DNA of 64,000 nt from Okamejei kenojei (GCA_035221665.1 CM069141.1:67890001-67954000), one strand, 5' to 3'. Shown: positions 38,843-50,855, numbered from the stretch's first letter. The notes: a model not told the origin generated them from the sequence alone. Program-made: numbers and translations.

Positions 38843-39210
38843 AGAATCATAGAAACATAGAAAATAGGTACAGGAGTAGGCCTTTCGGCCCTTCGAGTCT
38901 GCACCGTCATTCAATATGATCATGGCTGATCATTCAACTCAGTATCCTGTACCTGCCTTCTCTCCATACCCCCTGATCCCTTTAGCCACAAGGGCCACAT
39001 CTAACTCCCTCTTAAATATAGCCAATGAACTGGCCTCAACTACATTCTGTGGCAGAGAATTCCAGGGACTCACCACTCTCTGTGTGAACAATGTTTTCCT
39101 CATCTCAGTCCTAAAGGAATTCCTCCTTATCCTTAAACTGTGACCCCTTGTTCTGGATCTTCCCAACATCGAGAACAATCTTCCTGCATCTAGCCTGTCC
39201 AACCCCTTAA
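38843..39210 (-). mobile_element. CR1 LINE 3' fragment
   Basis: KGLDRLDAGRLFSMLGRSRTRGHSLRI...GYGEKAGTGY plus tail. Confidence 0.92.
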
Positions 39211-39889
39211 TTAATACATCTAATGTATAAATCACGTATTTTCTACCAAATAGTTACCAAGGAGGTACAAACAACATTAGTAGCTTTGAATGACGCTATT
39301 TCCACAGCCCATACGACCGTAGAAAATAAAGAAGATGGAAATTAAAGCATTCTTGTCGCCAAATCATAGCCTTAAACCTTTTAGCCCCTTTCGATTTATG
39401 CACACAAGTTTGGACCAAAACTCCAGCAGGTAGTTTGTGCTACAGAAAGTTGCAAACATTCAGCTGAGAATTGATTGGAGGTCCCGTATTTTTTTTGTTA
39501 ATGGGCTGGGGGGGAAAAACGACAGCTCTAATTTATCCAGACTGCATCAGTGCATTTCAAACTATTACTTTATTGGCTATAAAGCACTTAGTCAAATCAC
39601 ACAAAGCTACGATGACAATTCATGTGCTTAACATGCTCAGGAAAACCAAACAGTACCGCAAGCATTTACGATATATACACACACATGACAAGAAATTAAA
39701 CTAAACTAACTCAAGCCACAGCTTTGTGTTGACACTTTAATACAATATTTCATTTGCACTGGACAGAACAGGACCACTAAGAACCTGTTTTGATTTAAAC
39801 CAGATATTAGAAATGACATGTAGATATCAAATATCTAATCATTCTTATTAAAATTTTATCCAGGTGTTGAATTTCTCAATGAGACTTAC

Positions 39890-39998
39890 CTGGAAATTTG
39901 ATGCCCAGCATACAAAAGCAGTGCAGTCAAAACATACAGATATAGCTGGACCAAGTGCTGCCTTGGCAAGGTTAGAAGAACGAGACTTATTATATAAC
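39890..39998 (-). CDS. RNF145: RNF145 internal coding exon (109 bp; first one present in window)
   Basis: Translates (G)YIISLVLLTLPRQHLVQLYLYVLTALLLYAGHQIS(R), matching the N-terminal TRC8/sterol-sensing region of vertebrate RNF145. Acceptor ttttcag at 39999-40000, donor GTAAGT; phase 1 in, phase 2 out. Confidence 0.96.
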
Positions 39999-40249
39999 CT
40001 GAAAAGACAAAAAAAGAAATCCATTTAATTACATCAATTGTAGCACTGTGGGGAAACAGTGAGGACATGCATTTTGGCAAGAGGAATTAAAACCATTATT
40101 TGAATGAAGAGATACTGCAAATGAATGGAGTACATATGAACCTGGTGTTTTTGTGCAGAAATCACTACATGTTAGCAGGCATGCAGCAAATAGTTAATGC
40201 AACAAATTACATATTAGCCTTTATTGCAAGAGGGTTGAAGTTTTAAAAT

Positions 40250-40510
40250 ATGTTTGTTGCGCAGGGTTCGCTGGTGGGGAGAGGTGGTTGGTCGGAGGAT
40301 GGGTCGCGGAGCGGTGGTCGGGCCGTCGAGAACAAGAAGGTACCCAGCAGGGCGGGGCCACTGAAAACATATTCCATCGGGACTCTGAGTACTTCTATAA
40401 CTTTGTCCATTGCGCCAGGTACATGGCGACTCTTTGCGTACATTAAGTTTTGTTTACAAAAAACGAATTTGATTATTCCTAGGAACATATGACAATAAAG
40501 TATCATTGAG
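40250..40510 (+). mobile_element. GC-rich non-coding repeat 3' fragment (same family as 50405-50855), inserted in an old CR1 relic (~40030-40725)
   Basis: Shares aactttgtc...tggc(g/a)actctttgc(g/a)tac...gaattt...tgacaataaagtat with 50735-50840. Confidence 0.6.
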
Positions 40511-41149
40511 GCCACTCTATTACTTAATTTTCTTTAAAAAAGTAAACGCTAGTATGTGGAAGCGATTCACTAGGCTAATTCCTGTGAAAAACGCGTTGTC
40601 GCATTCTGAAAAGCCAATAATTAAAACTGTACACTTTGGAGTTTAAGAACGATGTGTAACCTGACTGAAACAGATATCCAATGGAGATATGACAAGGTAG
40701 ATGTTGAAATGTTTCCACTTGTGGAAATTAGGCTCTTTAAAAGATTTCCATATTAAAAAAAAACATTCAAACAAATCAAGTGCTCGAAACCAGGACAGGA
40801 TATGTCTCAGGACACAACGTGCTGGAGGAACTCAGCAGGTCAGGCAGCATCTCTGGAGAACGTTGTTAGGTCCTATTAGGTCATGGCCTGAAATGTCACC
40901 TGTCCGTGTCCTCCATATATGCTGCCTGGACTGAACGCTCGAGTAGGGGCATAGGGAAGGAGGGACTGTAAAATATGCTGCTCCTTTTTTCCCCCGCTTT
41001 AGTCTTTGTTGCTTTTATGCATACACAAATAAAACACAAATATAACAGCGAAACATACAACAATGCAGTGAAACGTACAATAGTGCAGCTATTATAGTTC
41101 AGTTTACAATTAATGATGCAGTATACAGAACTATTTTCTTATTAAAACA

Positions 41150-42840
41150 TTTTCCAATAACTTACATTATTGTCAATAAAATTATACAGTGTTGATGTCT
41201 TTACTTCAGTACCTAATCCATTTTTCCCATTTTCTGTTAAACTCGTCTTCTTTCACTCTTAGAGAATATGTCATTTTCTCCATGACGAATATTTCCTGTA
41301 CTATGTCTAACCATTGTCTAAGTCTGGGTGTGTCCGCTGCAAGCCAGTTTCTTGTAATAGCCTTTCTGCCAGCTGTGAGTAGGATTTTAACCAAGTAATG
41401 ATTTTCCTTCAGCACCACTGTAGTTATATTACCCATGTATAAAATGGAACACCTCTTGGAGACTATATATCCTAACACCTCCTTTAATACTGAATTCAGA
41501 CTGTCCCAAAATGGTTCTATTTTTGGGCAACTCCAGAAGATATGTGCATGATTTATGTCTGTTTGGCCACATTGCCTCCAGCATGTTTGCTGCCTTAGAA
41601 TTTGCTTCCTTTTTATGTTAGGCGTAATTAAGAAACAAATCAAATGTTTCCAATTAAATTCTCTCCATTTTTGTGAATTAGTGGATGTCTGTAGTGTTAC
41701 ACACATATGATGCCATTCTTCTTCTGAGATTGTGGTTCAATTCTTTTTCCCATTTAAAATTTACATAAAATGTAGTTTTAGCTTGACATTCCATTAAACT
41801 ATGGTAAAGTTTAGAAATAATCATTGATGCTACTATAGCACATTCCTTTGTCTCTTGTACAAAACTGCATAAAGTTTGGAATGAAATTTTTGGAATTTTT
41901 ACAAAACTATTTAACACAAAATTGAACCCCAATACAGAACTGATTATCTTTGGATCAATGAAAGAGGGAAGTAAACTAACTATATTCCAAGAAGCTTTTC
42001 TTAATTACGGTTTAATAACAGCAAAAAAACTTATACTCAAATTTTGGAAAAACGCAACCACGGCAACATCCAAAATGTGGATTTCAAATATGTCGGAAAC
42101 GCTACATCTTGAAGAAATGAGATTCCTCCTACCAGGCAAAGTCTTAAAGACTTGGTCTCCTTTTATCAACTTTTTACAAGTAGATGGTGCAACATAACAT
42201 AACCTTAGAAATTAAATGGTTTAGAACCGGGTGACGGATGGGCAAAAATACGAAATAGGTAGATCTCTCCTAATCTCTCTTTTCTCCTTTTTTTCAATCT
42301 TTTTAGCTTCTCATCTCTGTCCTTTATTTCTTTTGCTATCTGTTTCTACTTGCTTGTTTATCAATTCCGACACTCTTTATTTCTTTTTTCTCTCACTGTT
42401 CTTTTATTATTAAATTAAAAATACGAAGTTGTACAAGAATGGAAATATGTATGTATGTATTAGGTACTCAAGTACCACACTATTGTACTTACTTCTAACA
42501 AAATTTTTTAAAAAAATTAAAAAAAAGGAATAATCGTTGATGTTTTTGATGATACGCATTAACTATCGCTTCTACCACTGAATTATTTTCTTCTAGTGCC
42601 TCTCTTTTTACTTAAAAAAAATAATTGTAATAATCTCTCAGTTGGAGGCATCTAAACAAGTCTTGGTTCCGAAGTGAAAATCTATCCTTCAAATCTTGAA
42701 AACATCTTAGGTCTCCATTTTCAGCAACAGTACAAAATGCAGTCATTCCTTTTTTCACCCACTCTTTAAATGTTGAGTCATACATCCCTGGTTTAAATTC
42801 ACTATCCAAAGCTATCCATCTTAATACTTTTTGTCCTTCT
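41150..42840 (-). mobile_element. L1/Tx1-type LINE ORF2 C-terminal fragment
   Basis: ORF 41206-41706(-): WREFNWK..CWRQCG..HAHIFWSCPKIEPFW..RKAITRNW. ORF 42612-42809(-): FKEWVKKG..FQDLKDRF. Confidence 0.85.
41785..42526 (+). mobile_element. L1-clade LINE 3' fragment nested in the opposite-strand L1
   Basis: LNYGLITAKKLILKFWK..KMWISNMSETLHLE, homologous to 11812-12183. A-rich tail at ~42510-42526. Confidence 0.85.
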
Positions 42841-43968
42841 TTGTGCTCCTAAGCCATTTAGGGCTTTATAGACAAGGAGGACTTTATAGCCTATCCTGGG
42901 TCTCACAGGGAGCCAAAGAACTGAGTATAATACTGGGATGATATGTTCCCTTTTCTTGGTATTTGTTAAAAGCTGGGCTGCAGCGTTTTGAATGAGCTGT
43001 AACTTGTTGGTGGATTTTTAAGGCAGACCGGTAAATAAGGCATTACAGTAATCAAGTCTGCTTGATATGAAAGCATGTACGGGTTTTTTACAATCATGCT
43101 GAGTTAAGAAAGGCCATTAGCAATATTTCTGAGGTGATAGAAAGCACACTTTGTTACCTTATTTATGTGAGATTTAAAATGAAGATCAGTGTCAATTTTT
43201 ACCCCCAGGCTTGTGATTTCTTGTTTGATATAGGCAGTCAAATTTCCCAATTTACTGAGTAACCTCTCTTGGGTTTTGATCCAAGTAATAAAATTTCTGC
43301 CTTGTCAACATTGAGTTTAAGAAAGTTAGCATTCATCCATTTTTTAATGGAAAATAGGCAGGAGGTCAAAGAACTTAAGACAATTGCATCAGTGATTTCG
43401 ACAGAGTGGTATTAACTGAGTGTCATCGGAAACTTAGAAAATTTGCATTATGCTGTCTGATAACTCCTCTTAACGGCAGGAAAAGAATAACATGCCAAGG
43501 TAGCTACCTTGTGTGCAACACAAAAGGGTATATCATGCAGCTGTGACATATTGTCCCCAAGCTTAACAAATAACTTCCTTCCACATATATGATTGGAACC
43601 AACTTGGTACATGATCTGACAGGCTGGCCCAGCTTTCTGGGTGATCTATAAGAATGCTGTGATCTATGGTGTCGAAAGCTGCTGTGAGGTCTAAGAAGAT
43701 CAGCACTGAGACTTTGTCCTCATCAGTGCTGACTCTAAGGTCACTGACTATTTTTATCAGGGTAGTCTCAGTGCTGTAATTTGCTCTGAAACCAGATTGA
43801 AATTTCTCAAAAATGTCATTTTGATTTAGAAAGTGTTGTATTTGGTTGAATACCAATTTCTCCAGTACCTTGCTGATAAAGGGTAGATCTGATATGGGTC
43901 TGTATTTACTAAATTACTGTAATGTCTAAATTTGGTTTAACAGAGGCTTTACAACAGCGGTTTTATAA

Positions 43969-44279
43969 GTTTAGTTTAGAGATACAGCGCGGAAACAGGC
44001 CCTTCGGCCCACCGTGTCCGCGCCAACCAGCAATCCCCGCACATTAACACTATCCCACACGCACTAGGGACAATTTTTACATTTACCAAGCCAATTAACC
44101 AACAAACCTGTACGTCTTTGGAGTGTGGGAGGAAACCGAAGATCTCGGAGAAAACTCATGCAGGTCACGGGGAGAACGTACAAACTCTGTACAGGCAGCA
44201 CCCGTAGTCAGGATTGCACCTGTGTCTCCGGCGCTGCATTCGCTGTAAGGCAGCAACTCTACCGCTACGCCACCGTGAC
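43969..44279 (-). mobile_element. tRNA-derived HE1/V-SINE-type element, near full length
   Basis: Minus strand: CACGGTGGCGTAGCGGTAGAG (A box), degenerate B box, gtttgtacgttctccccgtg core, and a gggccgaagggcctgtttcc..(ctaaa)n tail. Confidence 0.9.
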
Positions 44280-44445
44280 TGCATCTGGGAAAATTCCAGT
44301 CTCAAGGGAGATGTTTATAATTGTAAGAACAAAACTGGATTAACTGTTAAAAACATTCTTTAAAAACTTTGTAGGAACCACGTCGAAATGACAGGTAGTG
44401 GATTTGCTCTCAGCCACAATTTTACGAAGTTCTGAGGTAGAAATA

Positions 44446-44697
44446 CAGTGGCCTCCATAAATGATTTGGTTTCACCATATATAAATTACAGCTGTGTTTA
44501 TACATAGTCCCCCCCATTTCAGGGCACCATAATGTTTGGGGCACGTGGCTTCACAGGTGTTTGTAATTGCTCAGGTGTGCTTAAATGCCTCCTTAATGCA
44601 GGTATAAGACAGCTCACAGCACTTAGTCTTTCTTCCAGCCTTACCATCACCTTTGGAAACTTATATTGCTGTTTATCAACATGAGGACCAAAGTTGT
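44446..44697 (+). mobile_element. Tc1-like DNA transposon left-end fragment
   Basis: TA|CAGTGGCCTCCATAAATGATTTGG start, inner direct repeat ccataatgtttggg at ~44527, and a putative transposase start ATGAGGACCAAAGTT at 44681. Confidence 0.7.
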
Positions 44698-46275
44698 AAC
44701 TTCTATAAGAGTGATGGCAAGAACAAAGTGGCGAAACTGGCGGAGGACTATGTGTTGTATGTGCCGGCTGGTGGGGGTGAAAGGTGAGGACCAGGGGTAC
44801 TTCTAGTCCTGTTTTTCTCCACTTTCCTTTGGCTACTTTACATGATTTTTTAAACGTACGAACAGTTATTTAACCATGGAGATGTTTTAACCCTTACTTT
44901 CCTTTTAATCTTGAGAGTGCAACTTTATCAAGTGTCGTAGTTAGGTTACTGTTAAAAGCTTTTATCATTTCATCAACAGAATCTCCCTGGGTGAGAGGAG
45001 CTCAGAAAAATTGAGTTCTGCTGTTGGATCTAAAAAGCGCCTTTTACATGTAGACTCCAAAGGGCGCCTAAACAACTTTAAAAACATCAAAAAACACACA
45101 GTAATGGTCAGAAACAGTCAAATCAGACACAAGGATGTTATCAATTTTTAACATGACTTGAAAATGACACCAAAACCTGACAACACTGGTTTACTCTTTC
45201 AGTGCACCACTCCGAAACACTTGTACTGAATCTGATAACCCTAGATATAGTAATACTTCTATTGAACAGGATGCAAAAGGGAAATTCCTGTACCTTGATA
45301 CATGTGACAATAAAATACCATTGAACCATTGAGAACTGACTTGCTTGACAACACCCTGAAATCATGTGGTTTCCAAAACATGCAATCCTCTCAGCAATTT
45401 CAATAACAACACACTGCTTAAGTAATTTAATCTTGATTCCACCAAATGCAGCATGTAACAAAGTTTTCTACAAATACATTCTTGGAATACAATACATGGA
45501 CGTTGCATGAAGCATAATTTAAGGAATTAGCAGCATGAATTATTCAAGATCAAATGACACCAATTACGGTTTCAACTATAAGGACTCAGTATCTTTTCAC
45601 ACTCGCTAATGGCTCAGACCACAAAAGATGGGATGTGCCTCCAGCATTTAGACTAAGTAGATTTCCTGCAAAATCTATTTCACACTTCTAACAAACACCA
45701 TTTAAGGGGTACAACAATCACTGACAATTATGACCTTTTTACCGACAGTACCAAGTTTGTATTTCTTTTAAATTAAACAACAACGTTACTTAATACACTA
45801 AAGAAAGACAGAAAAAGCTGGAGTAACTCAGCGGGACAGGCAGCATCTCTGGATAGAAGGAATGGGTGACGTTTCGGGTCGTGACAAAGGATCTGCTTGT
45901 TACTCCATATTTTTGTGTGCATCTTTGGTTTAAACCAGCATCTGCAGTTCCTTCTTACACATACTGAATACACCACCTCTTAACAATAAAAACGTCAGGT
46001 TAATGACCACCGAGTATATTAGTTTACTTTAGTTTAGAGATACATCGCAGAAACAGGCATCTTCGGCCCACCGAGTCTGTGCCGACCAGTGATCCCCACA
46101 TACTAGCACTATTCTACTCACACTAGGGACAATTTCACCAAGCAAATTAACCTACAAACCTGTAGGTCTTGGGAGTATGGGAGTAAACAGGACAAAACAC
46201 AAGCAGGTCATGGGGAGAACGTACAAACTCCATACAGACCATCACCTGTAGTCTGGATCGAAGCTGGTCTCTGGC

Positions 46276-47069
46276 CGGAAGTGGCAGCGCTGCGTGGCAG
46301 CTGCGGCGTGTCTGTTTTTAGAATTTTGGTTTATTAGGCTGTGTTGTGTGTGTGGGGGGGGGGGGAGGGTGGGAGAAACAAGTTTTAGTCTCTGCGACCT
46401 TTTCTTGTCGTGTCCCCCGTCACCGTCTCCGTCTGTGCTGAACGGAGCTGGTGCTCGGAGCTGTGGCGAGCGTTCAGAGCTCCAGTGTTCCAGCGGCGCG
46501 CCGCCCGCTTCGGCGCTTCGGCGCTCCAGCAGTTGCTCCAGCGGCGCTCCAACAGCGGCCCGGCCATTGGCGCTCCGGCGCTCTCCAGCGGTGCTCCAGC
46601 GGCGGCCCGGCTTCGGCGCTCCAAGCGGCTCTCCAGCAGGTGCTCCAGCGGCGGCCCGGCTTCGGCGCTCCGGCGGCTCTCCAGCAGGTGCTCCAGCGGC
46701 GGCCCGGCTTCAGAGCTCCGGCGGCTCCAGCGTTCCCGTGGTCGATCCTGGCTGGGGGCTGTGGTGGCGTTCCGGCGGCGGCGGCGGTGGCGGCCTGGCT
46801 TCGGAGGCTCGGCCGCGGGCCTGGTGGACGATGACATCGAAGGCCTGGATTGCCTCAGTACAGAGGGGGAACAAGTAGGGGAAAATGACAAAGACTTTAA
46901 GATTTTTGCCTTCCACCACAGTGAGGAGGTGCTTGGTGAACTCACTGTGGTGGATGTTAAATATGTGTTTATTGTGTGTTTTGTTTTAATTTATTACATG
47001 TTATGACTGCAAGGTAACAAATTTCGTTCAGACCGAAAGGTCTGAATGACAATAAAGGAATCTGAATCT
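46276..47069 (+). mobile_element. Full-length GC-rich non-autonomous retro-element with 16-bp TSD
   Basis: TSD gaagctggtctctggc at 46260-46275 and 47070-47085. 14-bp hairpin at 46912-46954, GAAA-loop hairpin at 47027-47046, AATAAA and (gaatct)n tail. Confidence 0.88.
46533..46730. repeat. ~48-bp CpG-rich tandem repeat
   Basis: Unit tgctccagcggcggcccggcttcggcgctccggcggctctccagcagg, about 3-4 imperfect copies. Confidence 0.9.
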
Positions 47070-47914
47070 GAAGCTGGTCTCTGGCGGTGTAAGGCAGCAA
47101 CCATTCCTTGTGAACAGAAAAAGCAATTCCTTTCACCTTCAGAAATATGTAAATGAACCACAAGCACAAGATAGGTTCACCTAGCAACCAGATTTGGGAG
47201 AAGTTCGTCCTTGTTCAAAATCTAATTTTTCTTAATGTCTCCCTGCTTGAAATCAATACTTCCACATAAGAAAAATACCCCCTCTGGCACATTGCTTACG
47301 TGCTGAATCATTATTGAACATTTCCTTGCTTTTCTAGAAAAAAAAACTGGATTTACAAATCTCCTTCAACACCATAAATGAGCAGAAATCACAAAGGTGC
47401 CTTCTATAAAAAGCATTTTCAAATTACTTTAACATCATGGAAACCAAAAAATATATATATTCTTGTAAATGATCGTGGCATAGAAAATGTAGTTGATGGA
47501 CAAAATTGTCCCAGACATTGTTTCACCAAGGTCCAATGTTATTGCAATTGGATTTATTTAGACATATTCTAATCCATCTAAAATCAAGCTAATAGGCTAA
47601 TTCCTTCTTGTACCTGCATGTTTACACTGCCAAGCGATGAACCCCTTAAATCCCAAGAAATCCAGTACCTGAACCTGTTAAGATGTTTTTTTTTTTAATT
47701 TTCCTACAAGGTAATTAAGGAGACAAGAAACTGCAGATGCTGGAATCTGGAGTGCTAATCTACTGGAGGAACTCAGTGCATCAAATTATTAAAACCACAT
47801 TTTTTTACCAGTTATACAATCACACAGCAAAGAATTGGGCCCTTTGGCCCAAATAGTCCACTATACCCCATTCTTAGTCAACGACTCCACACAAAACAAT
47901 TGCATTAAGTCTCT

Positions 47915-48110
47915 AAAGTGCTGGACTAACTGAGCAGTTCAGGCAGCATCCCTGGAGAACGTGGATAGGTGATGTTTTGAGTCTGGACCCTTCTTCAGAC
48001 TGAAGAAAGGTCCAGAAGAACCCTAAACATGTTCTCCAGGTTGCTGCCTGACCGCTGAATTAATCCAGCACTTGTATCTTTATTTGTAAACCAGTTCTTT
48101 GTTTCTACAC
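47915..48110. mobile_element. Head-to-head Penelope terminal-repeat relic
   Basis: Centre cttcttcagactgaagaa, with mirrored aagtgctgga..caggcagca and tgctgcctga..tccagcactt arms. Confidence 0.75.
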
Positions 48111-49210
48111 ATCCCTTTGTAGCGTCTTCATACTTTCCTGGCAACTGCAAATAAATAAATTAGGCTTTGTGCAGGCAGTAAATAAAGCTGCATTTATTTA
48201 CAGTCCCTCATCTTCATTACTTTGTAAAGGCTGCAATAGCCATGGACCACCAGCCTACTAAACCAAAATGATCTCTTCATTTGTGTAGTGTTTTGTCAAT
48301 CCACAAAGCCCAATTTCACTTTCGAGCCTCGTTTTATGCACAGAGTGTCTGTTGGGTACTCCACAGATTGAGGAGGTATCAGTAAAGTAATACAATACAG
48401 ACCAACAATCCGCCAAATAATAAGCAGTATTCAATCACCTCAACAGTGTCCAGCACTTTTTGTGGCATATCAGCCCGAAGTCTCTGAACAACATGCCCAC
48501 AATTTCAACGTTCTTCTTTGTAAGAAGTGTCTTCAAACCTATAATGGTGAATTCGGAACATAGGACTCACAGTCTGAAGAAGAGTCCTGACCCTAAAGTT
48601 CACATGCATTCTCTCCAGAGATGTTGCCAGACCCAGTGAGTTACTTACTCCAGCATTTTGTGTCTATCTTTGGACTAGAATAAAGTCAGTTAGGATAGCA
48701 CAGATATATTATTAGTATCAATAAGATGAATCCTGTACCAATTGCAATTTAGTATCCTGGATATACTGTCAACAGTATTCAGTCAAAGCATAAAATCAAC
48801 TCCGAGTCATGGGATTTTTTTGGGATCACAAGGTTTAGATACATTTTTCTTTAGAAATATTTATTTCTGAAAGATTCTGTTTCTAATTTTGCTCTGCATA
48901 AAACAGGAAGTTGTACATATTATCCCAGCAGATGGTATTTTCCCAGTGCCCCTTTTCTCACAGGTCTCAGTTTAAAAGTTGTTCCACATATACAGAAAGA
49001 ATGACGGATTGGTGCTTTGCAAATCAAATATACCCTCTAAAGAAAAATAATTTCCTATAGTGTTAAAATGTGTCATACCTCCATACCTGCATTTCAAATA
49101 TTGCAAATAAGATTTACAACATGAATTTAGAAATATAAACACTTGAAATCTTGAGTGGGAACAACACCTGCTATTCATAGATGCTGCTTTTGCATGAAGT
49201 TCTTCATGCA

Positions 49211-49892
49211 AAATGTTCCTAGGACTCCACCTGTCAGATGACCTGACGTCCACGACCAACACCACAGCGCTGGTCAAGAGAGCCCAGCAGCGACTACACC
49301 CTCTCCGTAGACTACGGAAAGCAGGTCTCCCCACTGCACACCTACGAACTTTTTATAGGGGGACAATCGAGAGCAAATTAACCTACGGCATCACTTCCTG
49401 GTTTGGGAGCTGCAAGGCGTACGAACGGCACCAACTGAACAGGATTGTGAAGACCGCCAGCAGGATTATTGGTGCTCCACTCCCTTTCCTGCTGGACATA
49501 TACAGGAAGAGATGTATCAGCAGAGCCATCTCCATCATCAAAGACCCCTACCACCCATCGCATCACATATTCTCCATCCTGCCATCTGGGAAGAGGTACA
49601 GGAGCATCAGCTGCAAAACCAGCAGGATGCTCCTCAGCTTCTTCCCGCAGGCTATAAGACTGATAAACGGACTTTGCCCCCTGCCAAAGTATCGCGCACC
49701 AACCTGGACACACTGAAGCAGAACCACGGTCGTGCCGCTGCCGATTGGAACTCATGATATATGTATTTTTATTTCTATTTATTTTTTACCGCACACTGAA
49801 TGGACACTGGTTGAGCAACGTTTTTTCGTTTCCTCTGGGTATGTAAGCACTCAGGAAAAATGATAATAAAGATATACAATACAATATACAAT
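49211..49892 (+). mobile_element. Rex1/Babar-like LINE 3' fragment with open frame
   Basis: FLGLHLSDDLT..KRAQQRLHPLRRLRK..FYRGTIES..DPYHPSH..LPSGKRYRSI...SFFPQAIRLIN, then aataaagat(atac/aat)n tail. Confidence 0.92.
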
Positions 49893-50404
49893 ATTCATGA
49901 AGATTATAAGCACACCTTTTGCATTCACCAAAAAACAATATAATTGTTTAAACACACACAAGAACAATCCAAACCAGTAGCAGAGAAAGTCTTGCTGTTT
50001 CAATTATTGCAATAATTCTTGAAGCACCTGTATCCGTACTTGGGCACCTAATTTTCCAGGTTGATTGAGTGGACTTCCCTTATGTATCAACTTGGGTTAA
50101 AGTTACTTTAATTATTTTTATAAACATGTAGAAACAAGTTTAAAATTACAACCTTCATCATAATGACCCATTTGACCAAATCGGTTTTATCAATTTCCAT
50201 CATGATCCACAAAGCTCTAATTAAAGATAACAATTCAGCAGCAAATTTCAATGTGCAACCACTAGAAACTTCACTGCTCTCCTGCAAAAAGAATTTTCCA
50301 TGTCAACTAACAACACGAGTGGAAAACCACACCAAATATCTCCAGTCAATCACAATTCAAGCATACAAAAGAGAATGAGAGAGAGATATTACATACCTTT
50401 CATT

Positions 50405-50855
50405 ACAAGAGGTTGGACGGGACACGTGAGGCCCAGCGGTTGGCCGAGGACGTGTCGTTGTGAATAAAGAGGAACCCGCCATAGGGGCTGAGGGTGGCCG
50501 CCAAGAACAAAGAGGGACCCGGCGCAGTGGGGGTAGAAAGAGGAAACAAAAAAGAGGGACCCAGCGTGAATGGGCTGGCGAGAGAAAAAAATGTGGGACC
50601 TGGCATGGTGGGCCACCAAGAACAAAGAAGGACGGGGTGGGGGTCCGCCGAGAACAAAGAGATACTCGACATGTGGGGGCGGGGGGAAGGCGCTGACAAT
50701 AAAGAGGGACCTTGGGTAATACATTGATCACTTTGAAACTTTGTCGGCACCCAAGTGTGGCAACTCTTTGCATACTTTGTGTATGGTATGCGAAAACAAA
50801 GAATTTCACTGTGATATGTCACGTGATAATAAAGTATTACTCAATCAAATTTGAA
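50405..50855 (+). mobile_element. GC-rich non-coding repeat with internal gaacaaagagggacc units and Rex1-like tail
   Basis: About 6 degenerate units; ends gaatttcactgtgatatgtcacgtgataataaagt. Confidence 0.65.

Larger units (their letters stand above)
42845..45145 (-). mobile_element. L2-clade LINE ORF2 (endonuclease C-terminus to RT), decayed and multiply interrupted
   Basis: FEKFQSGFRANYSTET.LIKI..D....LIFLDLTAAFDTIDH, YRPISDLP, and LQLIQNAAAQLL. APE SDH motif (VSDHYCVF) at ~45095-45125. Confidence 0.85.
46021..47105 (-). mobile_element. HE1/V-SINE-type element split by the 46276-47069 insertion
   Basis: Tail and core at 46021-46260; the head remnant (gtaaggcagcaa) continues at 47086-47105. 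Confidence 0.85.

Noticed and set aside
46294-47006. Five overlapping ORFs of 69-198 aa on both strands
   Set aside because: They arise from a very GC-rich 48-bp tandem repeat poor in stop codons, inside a TSD-bounded insertion. Products are low-complexity with no domain.
47614-47675. AG...GT-bounded minus-strand segment as the missing first coding exon of RNF145
   Set aside because: No frame resembles the RNF145 N-terminus (LRVP..LDVLYRWD), and the upstream tract is poly-A rather than polypyrimidine. No such exon was found elsewhere in 40000-64000 by eye.
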